This document shows positions 27,668 to 36,009 of a DNA stretch of 64,000 nucleotides, piece by piece. How positions within the stretch are numbered: the first letter of the stretch is position 1; the number at the start of each line of letters is the position of its first letter. Below the pieces are notes generated by a model, which worked only from the letters and a program-made list of their open reading frames with translations, was not told the origin of the DNA and searched no databases. Made by a program: the position numbers and the translations under genes. This DNA comes from Dehalococcoidia bacterium (GTDB lineage Bacteria > Chloroflexota > Dehalococcoidia > Lucifugimonadales > UBA2985): the NCBI GenBank assembly GCA_965222415.1, contig CBDCTU010000001.1, positions 369,648-433,647 of the forward strand, in the 5' to 3' direction.

Positions 27668-28720
27668 TCATTTGATGTAAGACGATTCACCCAGGAACAC
27701 GAGAGGTGGGTGTCCCGGATCAAGGCTCACATCTACTCTGTCCCCAATTTCATACTCGCGGGTGTGAGGCTCCAGGCAGTGGACTATGCCGCCGGACGCC
27801 AGGGATACCCGATACAGAAAGAAGGCTCCCTGAAAGGTGCGCTCCACAATGACACCATCTCCCGATTCAGAAGGCCGCATGGTTACATCGTCAGGCCGCA
27901 CCATCACATCCATGCCATTGCCGGACGGCAGGCCGGGGGGAAGCGGGGCATTGCCCAACTCCGTACACAGGGCGCCGTCGGATGAGTGAGCGGGCAGGAA
28001 GTCGGCCAAGCCCATAAATCGGGCCACGTAACGAGTAGCCGGAGCGTGGTAGATTTGTTCAGGCGTGTCCACCTGCTCCACCCTACCCACATTCATAATC
28101 GCTACCTTATCGCCCAAGACCATAGCCTCATCCCTGGAGTGGGTGACGAACACGGCGGTAGCTCCACTGGCCTTTAGAATGTCCCTGGTCTCCTGTCGCA
28201 CCTGGTTCCGGAGTGCGGAGTCCAGGTTTGAAAACGGCTCGTCCAGAAGGAGCACATCCGGCCATGGCGCAAGGGCGCGAGCCAAGGCTACCCGCTGCTG
28301 CTGGCCCCCCGATAGCTCGTGGGGCATTCGCCCCTCCAGGGCTTCGAGGCTTGCCAGCGACACCATCTCCCTGGTCCGCTCCGCTCTGGCGGGACCCCGC
28401 GGCAGCCCGAAGGCAATATTGTCTCTCACACTCATGTGCGGGAACAGCGCGTACTCCTGGAACACCATTCCCACCTGGCGCTTCTCCGGGGGCACTGCCG
28501 TCCCAGGCCCGGCTACAACTTGTTCGTTGATCTCGATTGTACCGGTGTCGGGCGACTCGAGCCCGGCGATCAGGCGCAGCGCGGTGGTCTTGCCACACCC
28601 GCTGGGACCCAGCAGAGCAAGGATTTCTCCCTCCTCCACGCTCAGATCCAACCCGTCCACTGCCATGACAGCACCGAAAGACTTGGCAATACCTGTGCAT
28701 CGGACCGCTATCCGGTTCAC
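27668..28720 (-). CDS. Fe3+/polyamine-type ABC importer ATP-binding protein
   Basis: Walker A GPSGCGKTT, signature LSGGQQQRVALARAL, Walker B LLLDEP, and a TOBE-like C-terminus. Confidence 0.85.
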   Translation of the reverse strand: MNRIAVRCTGIAKSFGAVMAVDGLDLSVEEGEILALLGPSGCGKTTALRLIAGLESPDTGTIEINEQVVAGPGTAVPPEKRQVGMVFQEYALFPHMSVRDNIAFGLPRGPARAERTREMVSLASLEALEGRMPHELSGGQQQRVALARALAPWPDVLLLDEPFSNLDSALRNQVRQETRDILKASGATAVFVTHSRDEAMVLGDKVAIMNVGRVEQVDTPEQIYHAPATRYVARFMGLADFLPAHSSDGALCTELGNAPLPPGLPSGNGMDVMVRPDDVTMRPSESGDGVIVERTFQGAFFLYRVSLASGGIVHCLEPHTREYEIGDRVDVSLDPGHPPLVFLGESSYIK

Positions 28721-30342
28721 CTGCCACTCCTTTCGCTGCGTAATATCAGGAACGCCATTGGTATGGAAGATGCGAGCACGAGGAGAAGTCCCCCAGTCGC
28801 AGCCTGTGCAAAGAAGCCCTCCTCAGCCGCACCCCATACAGACGTAGCCAGCGCCTTAAAGCCGATGGGGCTGAGTATAAGGGTAGCCGGGAGCTCTTTC
28901 ATGGTCAAGAGGAAAACCAGAGCCGCCCCCGCGAGTATACCTGGACGCGCCAGTGGCACGGTGATTGAAAGCAGGGCAAGGAGAGGCGTGCGTCCAAGGC
29001 TTCTGGCAGCGTCCTCCAGCACGGGATCCACCTGGAGCAGCGAAGACCTGACGGCTCCGACCGCTGTTGGAAGGAACAGCACCATGTAGGCGAAAATGAG
29101 GAGTCCCAGGGTCTGGTACAACGGCGTTGCAAACCTGATTCCGAAGAAGACCAGCGCAAGGGCAACCACAACGCCCGGCAGAGCAAAACCAAGGTAGGTG
29201 AATCGCTCCAGAATACTGCTGAGCCGGCCCGGGTAGCGGACCGTCAGCGTTGCTACAGGCACGGCCGCCAGTATGGTAACGAGGGCAGCAATCCCGGAAA
29301 CGGACAGCGAGTTCCTTGCCTGGCCCCACAATGACAGCAACTCCTCGCCTGCCGAGACGCCCCGGACTACCCAGTATCCCAGGACTGACATGGGCATCAC
29401 GAGGGAGAGCAGCACGATTGTGGAGCACAAGGCCAGAGCGGGCCAGCGCCATCGTCCCAGGCGAACTGTGGGCGCGGGCCGCACGGCCCCAGTGGCGCTT
29501 CTGTGGTAGCCGGCCCTGCCGCGTGCGCTTGCCTCCAGGACCAGTATGGTCAGGGCGAGAGCTACGAGCACAAGGGACAGGGCCGCCGCCAGATCACGAG
29601 CAAGATAGCCGTACTGTACGTATATGGCCCACGTGAAGGTCTCGTATCGCAGCAGCGACACCGCTCCGAAATCGCTGAGGGTGTAAAGAGCCACCAGCAG
29701 GGCGCCGGCCGCTATCGCAGGACGCAGGAGCGGCAGCGTAACCCGGAAGAAGGTGGCCCAGGCGCTCTTCCCCAGGAGACTGGAGGTCTCCTCCAGGGAG
29801 GGGTCAATGTTGCCCAGGGCGGCGCGGACGGGCAGCAGGACATACGGGTAGCTGAGCAGGGTCAGCGTAAACGCCGCCCCGGGGAAGCCGAATATCTCCG
29901 GAAGGCGCTCCACACCCAGAGGAGCCAGCCACCCCTGTAACATTCCCTTGGGCCCCAGCACAATGACCACCAGGAAGCCTGCAACGTAGCTAGGTATCAC
30001 CAGAGGCAACGCAGTGACTACGGACCACACGCCCCGAAATGGAAGGTCGGTTCGAATGGTAAGCCAGGCCAGCGGCACAGCAATTACGACAGAAGCGCCG
30101 GTCACGGTGGCGGCCAAAAGCAGGGAGCGGACCAATATGTCCAGGGTACGCGACCGGAACAGAAGGTCCCAGACCTCGGCGCCCGCTCCCAATGTGCGCA
30201 GAATGAGGTAGGCAAGGGGAATGACCATGCCCATCCCTACAAGGGCCGCGGGCGCCCAGATAGCAGCAGGTGGCCGCGCTCGGCGCGCCCGCTGTCCACC
30301 CATCACATCAGTCTGGAAACCGTCTACTTCCCTAAGCTTCAC
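28717..30342 (-). CDS. iron(III) ABC transporter permease (duplicated MalFG-type domains)
   Basis: 541 aa polytopic protein of two permease halves. Overlaps the ATPase gene by 4 nt. Confidence 0.8.
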   Translation of the reverse strand: MKLREVDGFQTDVMGGQRARRARPPAAIWAPAALVGMGMVIPLAYLILRTLGAGAEVWDLLFRSRTLDILVRSLLLAATVTGASVVIAVPLAWLTIRTDLPFRGVWSVVTALPLVIPSYVAGFLVVIVLGPKGMLQGWLAPLGVERLPEIFGFPGAAFTLTLLSYPYVLLPVRAALGNIDPSLEETSSLLGKSAWATFFRVTLPLLRPAIAAGALLVALYTLSDFGAVSLLRYETFTWAIYVQYGYLARDLAAALSLVLVALALTILVLEASARGRAGYHRSATGAVRPAPTVRLGRWRWPALALCSTIVLLSLVMPMSVLGYWVVRGVSAGEELLSLWGQARNSLSVSGIAALVTILAAVPVATLTVRYPGRLSSILERFTYLGFALPGVVVALALVFFGIRFATPLYQTLGLLIFAYMVLFLPTAVGAVRSSLLQVDPVLEDAARSLGRTPLLALLSITVPLARPGILAGAALVFLLTMKELPATLILSPIGFKALATSVWGAAEEGFFAQAATGGLLLVLASSIPMAFLILRSERSGR

Positions 30343-30370
30343 TCTATCGCAACCCTAGTCATAGGAGCGC

Positions 30371-31453
30371 CTACGGCAGAACGCCGGTCTCCTGGAGCAG
30401 CTTGACCGTGCCTTCAAGGTCGGCAAGGTCTTTCAACGGTACGCTGGGCTGGTTGATCTCATCAAAGGGAACAAGCAGCCTGTCGGTATTGACGCCCTCG
30501 ACGAGTGGGTACTCGAAGGTCTGACCGGCGAAGTATTGTTGGGCAACCTGCGACAGCATGAACTCAAGGAATCTCTCCGCATTCTCTCTGTTTTCACCGG
30601 AGGATAGTATACCCGCTCCGGCAACCATTACCACCGCTCCGGGGCCGCCCGCCCTGGGATGGTAGTTGCGGGCCGGGAAGGAGTCGCCCTCCTCGGCGAG
30701 AAAGCGGAACAGGTAGTAGTGATTCACCAACCCCACGTCGATCTCGCCGGCCGCAACCGCCGCAACCTGGGGGGTGTTCTTCGGGTATATAGTGGGGTCA
30801 TTGGCCTGCACACCCTCCAGCCACTCACGCGTCTTGTCCTCGCCCCACAGGACCCGCATAGCTGTAACCATGGTCTGGAACGAAGCGTTGGTGGGCGCCC
30901 AGCCTATGCGCCCCTTCCACTCGGGGTCAACGAAATCCCAGACGTCGTCCGGCAGGTCCGCCTCAGTCATAGTCTCTGGATTGTAGACGACGGTCCTTGC
31001 CCGACCGGATATGCCCACCCACTTGCCGTCCGGAGAGCGGGCCCACTCCGGCACGAGATTGAGCGTAGAGTCCGGGACACGGACAAACATATCCTCCACT
31101 GCGCCCAACCCTCCAGGGTCCTGGGCGAAGAACACGTCGGCCGGGCTCCTGTCACCCTCCTCTTGCAGAGTTGCGGCCAGCTCGGAGGTGCCGGCATACT
31201 TAACCTTAACGTTGATACCCGTAGCCTTTCCAAACTGCTCGATTATAGGCCCTACCAGGCTTTCACTTCTTCCCACGTACAGCGTGAGGTCTCCGGGCTC
31301 CCTCTCGACTTCTACAACCTGAGCCGTTGGAGTTGGCCCTGTGGTCGGTGTAGGGTCCGGGCTCGTACAAGCAGCGAGTCCGGAAAATGTTAACAATAGC
31401 AAGACTAGCCCTGGAAAAGCCAGTGTCTGTAGCACCATCCTACCGAGTATCAT
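30371..31453 (-). CDS. Fe3+ ABC transporter periplasmic substrate-binding lipoprotein
   Basis: Signal peptide with lipobox LAAC. FbpA/AfuA-like body. AAGGAGGGG RBS. Confidence 0.75.
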   Translation of the reverse strand: MILGRMVLQTLAFPGLVLLLLTFSGLAACTSPDPTPTTGPTPTAQVVEVEREPGDLTLYVGRSESLVGPIIEQFGKATGINVKVKYAGTSELAATLQEEGDRSPADVFFAQDPGGLGAVEDMFVRVPDSTLNLVPEWARSPDGKWVGISGRARTVVYNPETMTEADLPDDVWDFVDPEWKGRIGWAPTNASFQTMVTAMRVLWGEDKTREWLEGVQANDPTIYPKNTPQVAAVAAGEIDVGLVNHYYLFRFLAEEGDSFPARNYHPRAGGPGAVVMVAGAGILSSGENRENAERFLEFMLSQVAQQYFAGQTFEYPLVEGVNTDRLLVPFDEINQPSVPLKDLADLEGTVKLLQETGVLP

Positions 31454-31538
31454 TGTTGGGTTCCCCTCCTTATTCGTTTTGCACAGACTTGCCGTACAAT
31501 ATGTGCCAACTCCTTTAGATTGGGTCGCTACACATAAA

Positions 31539-31562
31539 TACTTAGTAAGTGCATACTAAGTA
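31539..31562. promoter_or_regulatory. perfect inverted repeat TACTTAGTA-N6-TACTAAGTA, candidate DtxR-family operator
   Basis: Lies between the divergent Fe-importer operon and the dtxR-family gene. A third half-site gcatactaa occurs at 31575-31583 inside the importer promoter spacer. Confidence 0.5.
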
Positions 31563-31567
31563 TTGAG

Positions 31568-31596
31568 CTTATAGCATACTAAATTGGCAATGTCAA
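31568..31596 (-). promoter_or_regulatory. candidate promoter of the Fe3+ importer operon
   Basis: The minus strand reads TTGACA-17 nt-TATAAG. The palindrome lies just downstream of the -10. Confidence 0.45.
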
Positions 31597-31659
31597 TCCC
31601 CAAATAATACTGTATATTGACTCAGAATCCCGGGGAGGCTATCTTGAATTAGGTGTGTC

Positions 31660-32403
31660 ATGACCAATCCTCGCAACGATTCCAAAGGCGGACCCGACTC
31701 CGACGTGGCTGCGCCTGAGCGTTTGTCCCAAGTGGCGGAGAACTACCTGCTATCCCTTTACGTGATGGGAGAGGAGGGCCTGCGAGCCACCTCCGGTCAG
31801 CTGGCGGAGTTCATAAGGGCTCTTCCCGCCGGCGAGGGTCTGGGCACTACCCTTCCCTCCATAACCGGTATGCTGCGCAGGATGGCCCGCGAGGGGCTGG
31901 TGGAGATGACTGCTGCGAAGGAGGTCAAGCTGACTCCCAGGGGCGTAGTCCTGGCAGAGGGAATGGTGCGGCGGCATCGCCTGGCGGAGAGGATGGTGGT
32001 CGACCTGCTGGGGCTGGAGCTTCATAAAGCCCACGAGGAGGCCCACAGGCTGGAACACGCCATTTCCCCTGACCTGGAGGTCAAGATCAGGGAGCGGCTG
32101 GGCAATCCCACTACTTGCCCATTTGGCAGACCCATACCCGGCAGCGGGTACACTCCACCCCCCGGCCCTATTTTGGCCTTGGACCAGGCACAGCCGGAAG
32201 TCGGTTACTGCGTCGATCGCGTGCCAGAGGAGGACACGGAGTTGCTCCGTTTCCTGGTGGAGTTGTCCATACTTCCTGACAAGAAAGTCACAGTAGTGGA
32301 CGCCAGCCGACACCGGGGCGTAATCACCGTCAGGACAGAGAGCGGGGAGGACGCCCTGGGCTATAGCGTCGCCGCACGCATCTGGGTGCGCCCCCTGGAG
32401 TAG
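31660..32403 (+). CDS. DtxR/IdeR/MntR-family metal-dependent repressor with FeoA/SH3-like C-terminal domain
   Basis: Winged-helix N-terminus (ENYLLSLYVM...), a metal-site helix (RRHRLAERMVVDLLGLE...AHEEAHRLEH), and a C-terminal FeoA-like domain. Confidence 0.8.
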   Translation: MTNPRNDSKGGPDSDVAAPERLSQVAENYLLSLYVMGEEGLRATSGQLAEFIRALPAGEGLGTTLPSITGMLRRMAREGLVEMTAAKEVKLTPRGVVLAEGMVRRHRLAERMVVDLLGLELHKAHEEAHRLEHAISPDLEVKIRERLGNPTTCPFGRPIPGSGYTPPPGPILALDQAQPEVGYCVDRVPEEDTELLRFLVELSILPDKKVTVVDASRHRGVITVRTESGEDALGYSVAARIWVRPLE

Positions 32404-32449
32404 CGGCTTAAGTCCACCGCGCCGAGCGCAACGCGCCTTCTCACACCGC

Positions 32450-33385
32450 TTGCCGGCCAAGCCTCACTCACGTTGCACCCATTTTCCAATGCCATATATG
32501 CGATATAGTCCCCTGAACCGAGAACCACCCTACACCCGCTGCTACAGATGCGGAGAGCTGCTGGGCATGAGTAGGTCCATGATGTACAGGGTTGACGCCA
32601 GCCCTGTCAAAACCCTAGATTCAGTTTCCCTCGAGCAGCAACTGGAATCGATGCGGAATCAGATTGCGTTGGGCTGGCCTCGCTGGTCAGACGGCAGTCA
32701 GGACTACTGCCAGCGCTGCCGGAAGAAATCCGATTGGAAAGATGATTTGCCATTCAGTGGGCGTCGTCCGGCCCGCGAGGACGCATTGGGCTTTGCCGTC
32801 CTCCCGCGCCTCCTCGCCGAGGCCCCATTCGTGGTCTACGGGTTGAAGGGCAATCCCCTGGGACTGCGCCTGAGCGACCTGGACTGGAGCGCTCGCGGCC
32901 CCGGCCGGGCCATCCTGCGCTACACCACCGGGGAGCCGGACTACCCACAGCGAGCGCTTGACCTGACACAGGACGCGGACCTCTCACGAAAGCCGGGCGA
33001 GGAGCGCATGACGGCGGAGCTGAGGGCCATCATCAGCCTTGTCCTCGGCTGCGCGTCCACGGAGCAAAGGGAGAGCTACGAACGACGGCGCAACGTCCAC
33101 CGGTACTGGAACCTGGACTACGTCAGCCGCGCTCATCGCCGGAACGTGGCCATCCAAATCGACGGCAGCCCCACCGAAGTGGAGCTTGCCCACTGGCAGG
33201 AGCCCCAGCAGATAGCCATAGCCCATCTCACCCTGGACGGCCGCCCGGCTATGGCGGTGTCCCTGGGCGTCTCGCACGTGCAGCTTCTCGGTCTGCTCAA
33301 GAGCCTCGTGTCACTTCAAAGAGACTCAGAAGCCCTTGCAGAGCACGACCGGGACTACAGGACCAGCCGACCCACCTCAGCCTGA
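32450..33385 (+). CDS. hypothetical protein with N-terminal CxxC...CxxC zinc-ribbon-like motif
   Basis: CYRCGE ... CQRCRK. No family recognised. Start uncertain (TTG at 32450, or ATG at 32489/32498). Confidence 0.4.
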   Translation: MPAKPHSRCTHFPMPYMRYSPLNREPPYTRCYRCGELLGMSRSMMYRVDASPVKTLDSVSLEQQLESMRNQIALGWPRWSDGSQDYCQRCRKKSDWKDDLPFSGRRPAREDALGFAVLPRLLAEAPFVVYGLKGNPLGLRLSDLDWSARGPGRAILRYTTGEPDYPQRALDLTQDADLSRKPGEERMTAELRAIISLVLGCASTEQRESYERRRNVHRYWNLDYVSRAHRRNVAIQIDGSPTEVELAHWQEPQQIAIAHLTLDGRPAMAVSLGVSHVQLLGLLKSLVSLQRDSEALAEHDRDYRTSRPTSA

Positions 33386-34189
33386 CAGCCCCAGATCTGG
33401 CAACGGGGTTATGAGGCCAAAGGCAGCGCCCTGCGGATCGATAACGAAGGCCAGCCGCCCGACTTCCTCTATATCCGTGGGGGCCAGAGCCTCGTTTCCT
33501 CCCATGGAAATTGCCTTGTTGTATGTATCATCCACGTCGTCCACGTCGAAGTAGACGCTCCAGTGGGACGGGATGTTCATCCCCTGCAGATGAGCGGGAA
33601 GGGCCATTGTGCCGGCAACCGGGGCATCCCCGGACATGTAGACCGTGTAGTCCGTGCCGTCGGGCATGGTCGCGGTCTCGGACTCCACTCCCAAGAGGCT
33701 CGTGTAGAACTCGATAGCGGCCGGAGGATCTGTGCTGAGAAGCTCGCACCACCCGATAGCGCCGTGCTCGTTCTTCACCCCGGCGCCGGCGTGTGACTTA
33801 CCCTGCCAGAGGTTAACCATCCCTCCCGATGGGTCTGTCACAAAGACCATGCGCCCGTTTTCAAACACGTCGAAGGGTCCCGCGACTACGGTCCCGCCGC
33901 AGTCGGCGACCCTGCCAGCCACTTCGTCCGCATCGTCCACAGCAATGTGTATCATCCAGTGGGGCGGGACTCCCATCTGGTTCTGCTCCTCCGGCTGGGT
34001 ATACATAGCTCCCGTGTAGGAATCCTCCTTCATGGCCATGGAATAGACGACCTCCCCGGCTTCGTCCATCGGATGGTCATCATATGTCCAACCGAACAGC
34101 TCTGCGTAGAACGACTTCGCCGCCTCCTGATCTGTGGTCGAAAGATCGACCCAGCACGGCGTCCCCTGTGTGTATGACTCTATTTTCAT
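33377..34189 (-). CDS. VOC (glyoxalase/bleomycin-resistance) family protein, two tandem domains
   Basis: Two repeats of the VOC pattern (CWVDLSTTD...FYAELFGW and GWCELLSTD...FYTSLLG). Confidence 0.75.
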   Translation of the reverse strand: MKIESYTQGTPCWVDLSTTDQEAAKSFYAELFGWTYDDHPMDEAGEVVYSMAMKEDSYTGAMYTQPEEQNQMGVPPHWMIHIAVDDADEVAGRVADCGGTVVAGPFDVFENGRMVFVTDPSGGMVNLWQGKSHAGAGVKNEHGAIGWCELLSTDPPAAIEFYTSLLGVESETATMPDGTDYTVYMSGDAPVAGTMALPAHLQGMNIPSHWSVYFDVDDVDDTYNKAISMGGNEALAPTDIEEVGRLAFVIDPQGAAFGLITPLPDLGLSG

Positions 34190-34363
34190 TTCAGGCTTTC
34201 ACATTCCCCTTCCATATATTCCTTCCCGATACGGGGCCCGCCCTGAAGCAGGCGCGGCCAGCATTGTACGACAAGCAGACCCGTATGCGAAAGGAGCGGA
34301 TGTCAGCAGGCTGCGCTTGGAGAATCGCCGACTTTGCCTTACAATATGCGCAAGGAGCAGCTT

Positions 34364-35695
34364 ATGTTTGAAGCACTTTCGGAAAAGCTGAACGGAGTCT
34401 TCAGCCGCTTTACCAGCAAAGGCCGTCTCACGGAGAAGGACGTGGAGGAGGGCCTGCGGGAGGTGCGCCTGGCCCTGCTGGAAGCGGACGTCAATTTCAA
34501 AGTCGCCCGGGACTTCATCCAGCGGGTGAGGGAACGGTCCGTAGGCACAGAGGTGCTGGAGAGCCTCAGCCCAGGACAGCAGATAGTTAAGATAGTCCAC
34601 GAGGAGATGACCAGGATCCTGGGAGGAGAGTCCTCCAGGCTGGACATAGCCCCTCAGCCTCCAACGGTGGTGATGCTTGCCGGACTTCAGGGTTCGGGCA
34701 AGACCACCACCGCGGCAAAGTTGGCCCTCAACCTCAAGCGCTCCGGCCAGCGGGCGCTACTGGTGGCCGGAGACCTTCGGCGTCCCGCGGCCATAGAGCA
34801 GTTGGAGACACTTGGTCGACAACTGGAAGTGCCCGTGTACAGCGAGGGGACCGACTCCAACGCAGTCCAGGTGTGCCGCCAGGGGGTGCAGAAGGCCAAA
34901 GATCTGGGCGTCGGATGGGTCATCCTGGATACCGGCGGCCGGCTGCACATTGACGACGAGATGATGGGCGAGCTTGGCGAGGTGGTCAAGGCCACGTCAC
35001 CCACTGAGGTCCTTCTGGTGGTGGACGCCATGACCGGCCAGGACGCGGTGCAATCGGCAGAGGGCTTCCACAGCGGCGTAGGATTGACGGGCCTCATTGT
35101 CACCAAGCTGGACGGAGACGCTCGCGGCGGGGCAGCCCTGTCCATATCCGAGGTGACCGGCCTGCCCATCAAGTACGTCGGGACTGGCGAGAGACCGGAC
35201 GCCCTTGAACCCTTCCATCCGGACCGCATGGCATCCCGCATCCTGGGTATGGGCGACGTTCTGACGCTGGTGGAGAGGGCCCAGGAGAACATCGACCGGG
35301 AGAGCGCCCAGGAGCTGGAGCGAAAGATACGCAAGGCCACCTTCAACCTGGAGGACTTCCTGGAGCAGCTCCACCAGGTGAACCGCATGGGGCCGCTGAG
35401 CCAGGTTATGGAGATGATACCTGGCATGTCCTCCCTGACGCGCAAGATGTCGCCGGAGGACCTGGACGAGAAGCACATGAAGAAGATGGAGGCAATAATG
35501 TACTCCATGACCCTCAAGGAGCGGCGCAACCCCGACATCCTGAACGGCAGTCGGCGGCGGCGCATAGCCAGGGGCAGCGGCACCACGCCCCAGGAGGTGA
35601 ACCAGCTTCTCAACCAGTTCCGCCAGACACAGAAGCTGATGAGGCAGATGTCCTCCGGGAAGCTGCCCCGCAACCTAATGGGGATGTTCCGCTAG
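34364..35695 (+). CDS. ffh: signal recognition particle protein Ffh
   Basis: MFEALSEKLNGVF..., GLQGSGKTTT, DTGGRLH, and a Met-rich M domain. AAGGAG RBS before the ATG at 34364. Confidence 0.9.
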   Translation: MFEALSEKLNGVFSRFTSKGRLTEKDVEEGLREVRLALLEADVNFKVARDFIQRVRERSVGTEVLESLSPGQQIVKIVHEEMTRILGGESSRLDIAPQPPTVVMLAGLQGSGKTTTAAKLALNLKRSGQRALLVAGDLRRPAAIEQLETLGRQLEVPVYSEGTDSNAVQVCRQGVQKAKDLGVGWVILDTGGRLHIDDEMMGELGEVVKATSPTEVLLVVDAMTGQDAVQSAEGFHSGVGLTGLIVTKLDGDARGGAALSISEVTGLPIKYVGTGERPDALEPFHPDRMASRILGMGDVLTLVERAQENIDRESAQELERKIRKATFNLEDFLEQLHQVNRMGPLSQVMEMIPGMSSLTRKMSPEDLDEKHMKKMEAIMYSMTLKERRNPDILNGSRRRRIARGSGTTPQEVNQLLNQFRQTQKLMRQMSSGKLPRNLMGMFR

Positions 35696-35741
35696 GGACT
35701 GCTTCTCCCATCCTTGCCAACGCTGGTTGGGATACCCATCC

Positions 35742-35761
35742 ATTCCTGCCAAAGCAGGAAT
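35742..35761. repeat. REP-type hairpin attcctgc-caaa-gcaggaat
   Basis: Same 8 bp stem as hairpins near 24166 and 59107. Confidence 0.6.
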
Positions 35762-35821
35762 CCAAGACTTCCAATATAGTGCAAGATAGACCCCTGCTCC
35801 CCGTTTACACGAGGACAAGCT

Positions 35822-35926
35822 CCGCAGGGGTGGTTTGGTGGTTGTCCTTACGTTGCGCCTTCACAAAGGCGCGCGTGGGTGTCCTCAGAATCACAAACCG
35901 GAATACCGACACATCCCGGGGATACC
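35822..35926 (+). repeat. left copy of the ~105 bp direct repeat bounding the GNAT-PIN-ASCH island
   Basis: Aligns with 38539-38642 with 2 substitutions and 1 single-nt indel (my alignment). Confidence 0.85.
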
Positions 35927-35941
35927 TAATATGGGCAGATG

Positions 35942-35970
35942 TTGAAAAGTGGCTAAGAAGGTATTATAAG
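35942..35970 (+). promoter_or_regulatory. candidate island promoter
   Basis: TTGAAA-17 nt-TATAAG, immediately inside the left direct repeat and about 40 nt upstream of the ATG at 36010. Confidence 0.45.
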
Positions 35971-36009
35971 CTACTGGAAACACAATCCACTACGCTCCCT
36001 TGCTGCGAT

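Noticed and set aside
34687-35673. 328 aa minus-strand ORF, with similar long antisense ORFs at 53234-54289 and 60364-61284
   Set aside because: These are antisense shadows of ffh, pnp and copA respectively. Their Ser/Arg/Pro-rich composition contrasts with strong family signatures on the opposite strand.
35822-35926. The 105 bp direct repeat as an integron attC site or a tRNA/tmRNA gene fragment (a classical att target)
   Set aside because: No RYYYAAC/GTTRRRY cores at the ends, no cloverleaf and no T-loop GTTCGAATC-type motif. It looks more like a member of the local REP/hairpin repertoire.
35779-36009. N-terminal 77 aa extension of the 753 aa track ORF
   Set aside because: It is encoded by the flanking 105 bp direct repeat, which recurs at 38539-38642 in a different frame and outside any gene. 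The island promoter lies downstream of it.
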